NCBI GenBank assembly: GCA_029881725.1 | Contig: JAOUMB010000010.1 | Coordinates: 1,539 to 65,538, forward strand | Direction of reading: 5' to 3' | DNA: 64,000 bases | Source: Nitrospirota bacterium | GTDB taxonomy: Bacteria > Nitrospirota > JACRHL01 | Part shown: positions 29,036 through 35,983 of the stretch, in pieces | Layout of the letters: each line of letters starts with the position of its first letter | Numbering within the stretch: the first letter of the stretch is position 1 | Position numbers and translations under genes: made by a program | Notes under the pieces: model-generated | Told to the model about the DNA's origin: nothing | What the model saw: only the letters and a program-made list of their open reading frames with translations | Databases searched by the model: none

Positions 29036-31849
29036 TCAGAAGTCGATGCGGTAGCCCAGGGCGATGAACCAGGTTTCGGTCTTTTCGGTGGCACCGGCGA
29101 TCTTGCGGGAACTCCACGCCTGTCCCCCTTCCAGTTCGAAGCGCATGTTGCGCCCCGCCCGCCAGTCCAGACGCAACTCCGGACGCCACACGGTCTCCTC
29201 GGCGTTGTTGCGCAGGTCGTCCCGCAGGTCCAGCCGCAGGCGCGGGTTGAAGCGCCAGTTGGGGCCCGCCTGAAAACGGCTGTTGGCGGTGAAGGTAAGG
29301 GTGCGGGTAAAGTCGGTATCCGCCAGGCGCGCCCCGAGGATGGTGATGTCACCCTCCTGAAGCAGGCCGCTGGTGATGAACTGAAGGTTGTAGAAATAAT
29401 CCGGGCCGCTCTCCGGCATGCCGGGAATATCCTTAATCGGCGCTCCGGGAAGGGTGGGGTCCCCGATGGTACCCGGCGTGGCGCTCAGCTTGGTGGCGGT
29501 GATGTCGGCACTGATCTGGGTTTTCTTGGACAACGGCTTGGTGCCCCCCAGGGTGAGGGAGCGGGACAGCGGAGTGTGGTCCAGGGCGGCCTGACGAACC
29601 TGATCCTCGGTCAGCAGGGTCAGCAGTTGCTCAATGGTCGTGATCGGCGTCAGGGTGGCGGTATCCACCATCCCCTGCAATGCATTGGTGGTGGTCAGCA
29701 CCGGGCTCTTGCGGTAATCCAGCACCAGGTTCAGGGTGGTCTCGCTCTTGAAGCGCCAGTTCCCCACGAACATGATGGTGTTGTATTCCTGATAGGAACG
29801 GTCGTAATCCACCAGCGTGAAGAACGACCGGCGCTCCGAGAAGAAGCGCAGTTCGCCACCCACCGCATCGCGGTCGGAGATACCGTCCACAGTCTGTTCG
29901 ATCTTGAACAAGTTCATGTCCAGGTGATTGAACAGGGTGCCGATGTCCACGCTGACGCCGTTGAATTCGCGGCGGCGGTTGATGGTGTTGCCGGTGGAAA
30001 TCTCCACCGGATAGCCCCGCACCAGGTTGACCTTCAACCGCCCGCCCAGGTTCTGGCGCAACAGGGTGCCGTCAAAGCGCCCCAGCACACCGGAGGTGCT
30101 CAGGGTCTGCCGCCCCACACGCAGGTTGGTGCGGGTGGGCTGGAACTGGGCATCCACATAGGCGGCGGTGAGGCGTCCCTCGCTGTTGGACTGGTTGGCA
30201 AAGTCGCGCCGGTAGCCGGTGGTGATCCGGGAACGGAAATCCAGCCGGTCGCTACGGCGCCGCCAGGTGAGATCCAGATCGGTATTGAGAAGCGAAAGGT
30301 CGGTACTCACCACGCCGGTGGGGTCCGTGGTCACATCACGCCGGTAATACTGGGACAGACCGCCGAAAAAGTCCTTGTGCACCTGCCCCTGGGCGCGCGT
30401 CACCTTGCGCAGTTCCTGGCGCTGCCCCGGCCCGGCGGCGGTAATGATGCCCGCCAGACGCTGGCGCACACGGGCCGCCGCGTCGCCGTCGGGATAGCGC
30501 TCCAGAAAATCGGTATAGATCTGCTTGGCGTGGGCGAACTGCCCCTTGCGCTCGCGGGCCAGCCCCAGATACTCCAGGGCATCCTGCTGATAGGGATGAT
30601 CCGCGAAACGCAGCACTTTGGTGTACAGGCGCACGGCGGTGTCGTAATCGGAGTCCACCATGGCCCGACGGGCGTCGTCCATCAGCTTCTTGAGCAGGGC
30701 TTCGTCCCCCTTGGGCGCATCGGCCACGGCCACCGGTGCCACGGTGCGCGGCGTGACCGCATGGGCCGAAGCAGCCACCCGCTCGGCCTCGGAAACCTCG
30801 GTCACCCAGGCGCCCGGGAAGGCCGTGGCCACCCGCTGCTGAATGCGCAGCGCATCCGGTTTTTCGGCAAAGAAACCGAGACGCAACTGGTAGCGGGTGC
30901 GGTTTCCGGACCGGGTTTTGTGCACATAGAGCAGATAGCGGGCGAACTCCGGCAGATCGGGCAGTCCCGCGGCGGTGATCGGCTTGCTGTCCTGCCGCAA
31001 CTGAATGGCGAAGTTGCCCTTCGGCAACGGCACCGACGGCGCCACATTGGCCGCCGGAGCCGGTTGCGGATCCGCGGCGGGAGCCGGTTTGGGCGTGGCA
31101 GTCGGAGCCGGTTTGGGGGTGGCGGCCCGGGCCACGGTGCGCGGCTCCGGCTTGACCACCGAGCGACGGGAGGAACGGCGCTCCTTTTTGGTCACTTCCG
31201 TCACCCAGGCACCGGGAAAATCCCGGGAAAGGGCGCGCTGAACCGGGGCAGCCTCCGCCGAACTGTCGAAAAATCCGACCCGCAACTGATAGTAGGTGGT
31301 GTCGCCCCGAACCTGCTCCTCCACATACAGCCGGTGCTGCTTGAACTCCAGCCGGTCGGGCAGGTGAGCCGGATCGGGCGCGCGGGTACCGCGCCACAAC
31401 TGCACCGCGAAAATGCCATCTCCCTTTGGCTCCGGCTTGGCGTCACGGGTCCGGGTCGCCCGTCCACGCGGCTCGATGGCGCCGGCGGCGGAGTCCTTGC
31501 GCTCCTGCATCCCCACCCGGGTGATCCACGCGTCCGCGTATTCCGACAGCAGCGTCCGGCGCACCTTTTCGGCGCTCTCCATATCCGGAAAAAACCCCAG
31601 CCGCAAGCGGTACCAGGTGGTGCCGCCCTTGGTGAAGGAGGTCTGATACAGGCGGTAGTCGCGAAATGCATCCAGAGCCGGCAACGCCTTCGGATCCACC
31701 GGTTTCTTCTCCAGGGAAATCTGGATCACGTAGCCGTTGTTCAGATTCACCTTGGGCGCGGCCTGCGCGTTCGCGGCAAAGGAAAACAGCGCCGCGCAGG
31801 CGCAGAGCAGCGTCAGCAGCAGGCGGTATGGAAATGAGGTGGCGGGCAT
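29036..31849 (-). CDS. Outer-membrane beta-barrel protein with three N-terminal SPOR-like repeats and a TPR-like segment.
   Basis: Signal peptide MPATSFPYRLLLTLLCACAALFSFAANAQA. Three repeats of roughly 75 aa ending ...YRLRLGFFPDMESAEKVRRTL..AWITRV / YQLRVGFFDSSAEAAPVQRAL..AWVTEV / YQLRLGFFAEKPDALRIQQRV..AWVTEV (SPOR-like). TPR-like segment YTKVLRFADHPYQQDALEYLGLARERKGQFAHAKQIYTDFLERYPDGD. The last roughly 480 aa alternate amphipathic strands and end ...IALGYRIDF (OMP C-terminal Phe). An alternative TTG start lies at 31873. Confidence 0.8.
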   Translation of the reverse strand: MPATSFPYRLLLTLLCACAALFSFAANAQAAPKVNLNNGYVIQISLEKKPVDPKALPALDAFRDYRLYQTSFTKGGTTWYRLRLGFFPDMESAEKVRRTLLSEYADAWITRVGMQERKDSAAGAIEPRGRATRTRDAKPEPKGDGIFAVQLWRGTRAPDPAHLPDRLEFKQHRLYVEEQVRGDTTYYQLRVGFFDSSAEAAPVQRALSRDFPGAWVTEVTKKERRSSRRSVVKPEPRTVARAATPKPAPTATPKPAPAADPQPAPAANVAPSVPLPKGNFAIQLRQDSKPITAAGLPDLPEFARYLLYVHKTRSGNRTRYQLRLGFFAEKPDALRIQQRVATAFPGAWVTEVSEAERVAASAHAVTPRTVAPVAVADAPKGDEALLKKLMDDARRAMVDSDYDTAVRLYTKVLRFADHPYQQDALEYLGLARERKGQFAHAKQIYTDFLERYPDGDAAARVRQRLAGIITAAGPGQRQELRKVTRAQGQVHKDFFGGLSQYYRRDVTTDPTGVVSTDLSLLNTDLDLTWRRRSDRLDFRSRITTGYRRDFANQSNSEGRLTAAYVDAQFQPTRTNLRVGRQTLSTSGVLGRFDGTLLRQNLGGRLKVNLVRGYPVEISTGNTINRRREFNGVSVDIGTLFNHLDMNLFKIEQTVDGISDRDAVGGELRFFSERRSFFTLVDYDRSYQEYNTIMFVGNWRFKSETTLNLVLDYRKSPVLTTTNALQGMVDTATLTPITTIEQLLTLLTEDQVRQAALDHTPLSRSLTLGGTKPLSKKTQISADITATKLSATPGTIGDPTLPGAPIKDIPGMPESGPDYFYNLQFITSGLLQEGDITILGARLADTDFTRTLTFTANSRFQAGPNWRFNPRLRLDLRDDLRNNAEETVWRPELRLDWRAGRNMRFELEGGQAWSSRKIAGATEKTETWFIALGYRIDF

Positions 31850-31899
31850 GATTCGGGTATATCTTTTGTTCAATAAAAAACGATTTAAATAACGTGCTG

Positions 31900-32550
31900 T
31901 TACAGAACGGTGGATGGATCCGGCGCCGGGTCCGGAGTTGGGTCCGGAAATTCGGGCAGTATCTCCCCGGGCGCTTCCCCGGGCGCTTCCCCGGGCGCTT
32001 CCCCGGGCGCTTCCCCGGGCGCTTCCCCGGGCGCTTCCTGGGGCGCGTTTTGGGGCACTTCCTGCGGCTCCGGCTGCGGTGCCGGGAGGACGATCTCGAT
32101 GCTGCGATAATCCTTGCCCTGGCGCACGTCGAACGGCACCGCCTGATCAAAGCGCAGAATCAGATACGGGATGCCGCGCTGCTGCCCGCTCGGCTCGTCC
32201 CCTTCGGGGCCCGCGTCCCCTTCATACAGGATGCTCAGGCGCGGCAGGCCGGGCCGTTCCGGAAGCACCGCCGCCTCGCGCCCGAACAGGATGTCGTCCT
32301 CTGGGAACTGTCCGTCCGGCAGGCGGCGCACCCGCACCACCACTTCCCTGGCCGGGTCATGGGGAAAGTGGTCCACGTACTGGGCGATAAAGCGGAACTC
32401 CACGCGCACCACCAGCCCTTCGGCGGTGGTATCGATGGACACGTCCTCCATCACCCCCTGACGCACCGGCTGTGCCGCCACCGGGGCCGCAAGGCCCAGG
32501 CAGATTCCCAGCACGGCCGCCGCCAGTACGGCACCCGCATGCAAACGCAT
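31900..32550 (-). CDS. Secreted hypothetical protein with a C-terminal (EAPG)n repeat.
   Basis: Signal peptide MRLHAGAVLAAAVLGICLGLAAPVAAQP. Strong RBS GGGGAGGGG. C-terminal PQEAPGEAPGEAPGEAPGEAPGEAPGEIL. Confidence 0.6.
   Translation of the reverse strand: MRLHAGAVLAAAVLGICLGLAAPVAAQPVRQGVMEDVSIDTTAEGLVVRVEFRFIAQYVDHFPHDPAREVVVRVRRLPDGQFPEDDILFGREAAVLPERPGLPRLSILYEGDAGPEGDEPSGQQRGIPYLILRFDQAVPFDVRQGKDYRSIEIVLPAPQPEPQEVPQNAPQEAPGEAPGEAPGEAPGEAPGEAPGEILPEFPDPTPDPAPDPSTVL
31965..32036. repeat. 12-bp tandem repeat (ccccgggcgctt)x6 encoding (EAPG)n.
   Basis: Perfect 12-nt periodicity: gggcgcttccccgggcgcttccccgggcgcttcccc.... Confidence 0.85.
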
Positions 32551-32572
32551 GATGTCTTCCCCTCCCCTGTGG

Positions 32573-34348
32573 TTAAAAGGCGCTGTCGGACACGCGGTGT
32601 TGGCGTGAACGGCTGTCCAGAATGGTGGTCATGCTCGAATTCGTATACACGTGGCACGACCCCGAGCAATCCCTCAACTCCGAAACGGTGTAGTTCACAC
32701 CGGGATACTTTTCATGCGGCCCGGAGCGGTAATTCCCGGAGTGGCACCCGGCGCAATCCGGCTGATAGGCCGGGGCCCGCCAGGTGACGGTTTCGCTGTT
32801 GGAACCGTGGCAGCGGGTGCAGGCCAGCGCCAACCGGTGGTCGCCCGGATAGTTCGGGGACTGGTGGCGGAAGGTGTCCGGAATCCAGGCGGTGGTGGTA
32901 TGGCAGTAGTCGCACGAGCGGCCGGTCTGGAAGTGGGTGCTGGTCTTGCCGGTGGCGTTGGTGCCGTTGTGGCAGGAGTTGCAGGTGCCGGGCGAAACGT
33001 TGGCGTGATCGAACCGGGCCGGCAGCCAGGCCACGGTGGAGTGGCAACTGTCACAACTGGCGGTGGTCTGCACGTGGGTAGCCGTCTTGCCGGTGGCGGT
33101 AATGCCGTTGTGGCAGGTGGAACACGTGCCGGGGGCCACCGCGCTGTGATCAAAAGAGGCCGGGATCCACGCGTTGGTGGTGTGGCAGTTGTCGCAGGTG
33201 TTGTCGCTGGCCACGTGGGTGGCATGTTTGCCGATGGCGGTGGTGCCGTTGTGGCAGTTGAAACAGGTGCCGATCACTTCCAGGTGGTCCACCCGCAGGG
33301 CCGGGATGAACGACACCGTGCTGTGGCAGGCTTCACACAGGCTGGATGTCTGGATGTGGGTGGCGTTCTTGCCGATGGCGGTGGTGCCATTGTGGCAGCT
33401 GAAACAGCCGCCGGTCACCTGGGCGTGGCTGAACACCGCGTTGGCCCAGGCGGCGGTGGTGTGGCAGTCGCCGCAGAGGTTGCTGCTCGGGATGTGGGTG
33501 GCACTCTTGCCGGTGGCAATGAGGCCGTTGTGGCAGGTGGAACATTCCCCGAGCACATCCGCGTGGTCCACGCGGGTAACGGTGGCAAAGCTGGTGGTGT
33601 TGTGGCAGCTTTCGCAGAAATTGGTGGTCAGCGGGTGCGCTGCGTGCTTGCCGGTGGCGGTGGTGCCGTTGTGGCAGGTGGAACAACTGCCGGTCACGCC
33701 GGTATGGTCGAAGCGCGCATTGAACCAGGTGGTCGGCGTATGGCAGTCCTCGCAGACGTTGCTGCTGGGAATGTGGGAAGCCGATTTACCGCTGGCGTCC
33801 ACGCCGTTGTGGCAGCGGAAGCAGTTGCCCACGATGCCGGTATGGTCGAAACGGATCATGCCCCAGGCGGTGGTGGTGTGGCAGTCGCTGCACGGGGCGC
33901 TGGTTTGCGGGTGGGTCGGGGTCTTGCCCGGGGCCACGGTGTTGTTGTGGCAACTGGCGCAACTGCCCAGCACGGAGGCGTGGTCCACCCGCGCCACCGG
34001 GTTCCAGCTGTTGGTGGTGTGGCAGTCGCCGCAAAAGTCGGTGCTCTGGATGTGGTTCTGCGGCTTGCGCGATCCGCTCACCCGCCCGGCGCGGGTGTGG
34101 CAGGCGGCGCACTGGGTGGGGGTGGTCTCGAAGATGCCGCGGATATGGCAGCTTTCACACTCCACCTGCTGGTGCGCGCCGGTCAGCGGAAAACCGCTCT
34201 TGAAGTGGTCGAACTGGGGGCGCCCGGACAGCTGGGCCGCGTCGGACATGGCCGGAATCAGCCAGGTGGCCAGCAGCGCTGCCGCCAGCAGGAGTACCCC
34301 CCACCAGCTCCCGAAGACCCCATCGGATGTGCTTTTATGATGCATCAT
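32573..34348 (-). CDS. Periplasmic multihaem c-type cytochrome with about 21 CXXCH plus 1 CXXXCH (paired/doubled CXXCH repeats).
   Basis: 591 aa with a signal peptide. Haem motifs counted: CESCH, CAACH, CGDCH, CASCH, CSDCH, CFRCH, CEDCH, CSTCH x3, CESCH, CGDCH, CFSCH, CEACH, CFNCH, CDNCH, CDSCH, CNSCH, CDYCH, CTRCH, CAGCH, CSGSCH. Repeating module C..CHT..W....FDH..V.G.C..CHNG.TA.GK..H. RBS GAGGT. Confidence 0.9.
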   Translation of the reverse strand: MMHHKSTSDGVFGSWWGVLLLAAALLATWLIPAMSDAAQLSGRPQFDHFKSGFPLTGAHQQVECESCHIRGIFETTPTQCAACHTRAGRVSGSRKPQNHIQSTDFCGDCHTTNSWNPVARVDHASVLGSCASCHNNTVAPGKTPTHPQTSAPCSDCHTTTAWGMIRFDHTGIVGNCFRCHNGVDASGKSASHIPSSNVCEDCHTPTTWFNARFDHTGVTGSCSTCHNGTTATGKHAAHPLTTNFCESCHNTTSFATVTRVDHADVLGECSTCHNGLIATGKSATHIPSSNLCGDCHTTAAWANAVFSHAQVTGGCFSCHNGTTAIGKNATHIQTSSLCEACHSTVSFIPALRVDHLEVIGTCFNCHNGTTAIGKHATHVASDNTCDNCHTTNAWIPASFDHSAVAPGTCSTCHNGITATGKTATHVQTTASCDSCHSTVAWLPARFDHANVSPGTCNSCHNGTNATGKTSTHFQTGRSCDYCHTTTAWIPDTFRHQSPNYPGDHRLALACTRCHGSNSETVTWRAPAYQPDCAGCHSGNYRSGPHEKYPGVNYTVSELRDCSGSCHVYTNSSMTTILDSRSRQHRVSDSAF

Positions 34349-34393
34349 CGGTTTACCTCAGTGCGCGCCCGCAACCGGCCAATAAAAATTCGA

Positions 34394-35983
34394 TCACCGT
34401 TCAATGGTGATATCGGAAAACGACTCGGTGGTGTGGCACCGGCCGCAGTCTCTTCCAAACTGTTCGCTGTGGACATCGTCCTGCAGGTGACAGGCACCGC
34501 AGGTGTTGGGCTGTTTGACACCCTTTTTTGAGGGCGTTTTGTGGCACGCGAGGCAGTCCAACCCCTCGTGCTTGCCGTCCAGCTTGAACTCGGTCTGCCG
34601 GTTGTGGTCAAAGGACCACAGGGGCCACCCGTTGGGGTTGTGGCAGGTGCCGCACAGGCTTCCCAGCCGCCGTTTGTGCTCGTCCTGCTTCTTGTGGCAG
34701 GCATAGCACTCCCCTTCGGTTTTCACGTAGCGCCGGTCCAGGTGGCACTCCTCGCACGGGGTGACCGCGTGCTGGCCGATGAGCGGAAACGGCGTCAGGT
34801 CGTGGTCAAAGCGCACCTGATCCCGCCATCCGGTTTCCCGGTGGCACTGGGCACAGTTTTCGCCCTGGCGCCCGTCGTGCACGTCGTCCCCCTTGTGGCA
34901 GGCATAGCAGTCGGTCTTGAGCTCCTCCTTGTACAGCACCCCCTTGTGACAGGACCGGCAACGGGCCTTTTCGTGGGCGCCCTTCAGGCGGAAATCGGTG
35001 TCCTTGTCGTGGTCGAAGATCACCCGGTCCCACGCCCTGGGCGTGTGGCAGGAGTCGCATTTCTCCCCGTAGCGCCCCTTGTGCTCGTCGTCGTTCTTGT
35101 GGCAACTGTGGCAATCGGTCTTGAGTTCGTCCTTGTACAGGTCGCCGGTATGGCACGCTTTGCAGGTGACCTCCTTGTGGCTGCCCTTCAAGGGAAAATC
35201 GGTGTCCTTGTCGTGGTCAAACCGCACCCGGTCCCACTTGTCCGGGGTGTGGCAATCCTCGCACTTGTCGCCGTTGGCGCCCCGATGCACGTCGTTGATC
35301 TTGTGGCAGGCGACGCAGGTGTCGGGCACCCCCTTGTACTTCTCTCCCGGGTGACACATGGCGCAGGCCACGTCCATATGGGAGTCCCTGAGGGGGAAGT
35401 CGGTCTTGTCGTGGTCGAAGGCGGTTTTCTTCCAGCCGGCGGTGGAGTGGCAGTCCTCGCACTTTTCCCCCAGCCGCCCGTCGTGGGCATCGTCTTCCTT
35501 GTGGCAGGCAAGACAGGTGGCGGGGGCATCGCGGAACTTCTTGTCCGGCTTGTGGCAGCCGTCACAACGCACGCGCTGATGGCGTCCCTTCAGGCGGTAA
35601 TCGGTCTGGTTGTGATCGAAGGTTTCGCGGTTCAGGCCCACGACATCGGCACTCCGGCCCACGTGATCGGTGTGGCAGACCTGACACTCCTGATTCGCCA
35701 CCTGGGGGGAACGGCCGTGAAACCCGCGTTTTTTACCCACGTCGGACGCCACATCCTTGTGGCAGTCCAGGCACAGGTTGTTCTGCACCCCCTTGCTGAA
35801 CCGTTTGTGGCAGTTGGTGCAGGTGTCCTCGTACTTGGCGTGCCCGGAAATCAACTCGCCGGGCATTACCAGCCGCTCAAGCGGACCGGCGAGGGCGCTA
35901 TGGGGAAACGTCAGCACAGCCATGATAAAAAGCGCCAGCGCCGCTACCAGGGCGCGCCGGACGAAAAAATGCCGGTGCGGCAT
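34394..35983 (-). CDS. Periplasmic multihaem c-type cytochrome with about 21 CXXCH (polymer of c7/c3-like trihaem units).
   Basis: Signal peptide MPHRHFFVRRALVAALALFIMAVLTFPHSALA. 21 CXXCH motifs, from CTNCH through CGRCH. Repeating module C..CH..D.H.G..G..C..CH......W....FDH..T.F.L.G.H....C..CH. Its ATG overlaps the stop of the upstream gene (TGATG). Confidence 0.9.
   Translation of the reverse strand: MPHRHFFVRRALVAALALFIMAVLTFPHSALAGPLERLVMPGELISGHAKYEDTCTNCHKRFSKGVQNNLCLDCHKDVASDVGKKRGFHGRSPQVANQECQVCHTDHVGRSADVVGLNRETFDHNQTDYRLKGRHQRVRCDGCHKPDKKFRDAPATCLACHKEDDAHDGRLGEKCEDCHSTAGWKKTAFDHDKTDFPLRDSHMDVACAMCHPGEKYKGVPDTCVACHKINDVHRGANGDKCEDCHTPDKWDRVRFDHDKDTDFPLKGSHKEVTCKACHTGDLYKDELKTDCHSCHKNDDEHKGRYGEKCDSCHTPRAWDRVIFDHDKDTDFRLKGAHEKARCRSCHKGVLYKEELKTDCYACHKGDDVHDGRQGENCAQCHRETGWRDQVRFDHDLTPFPLIGQHAVTPCEECHLDRRYVKTEGECYACHKKQDEHKRRLGSLCGTCHNPNGWPLWSFDHNRQTEFKLDGKHEGLDCLACHKTPSKKGVKQPNTCGACHLQDDVHSEQFGRDCGRCHTTESFSDITIER

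Noticed and set aside
27986-31837. 1283-aa + strand ORF.
   Set aside because: Antisense to the SPOR/beta-barrel gene and part of A2M. It spans an intergenic gap in frame only by chance and has no motifs.
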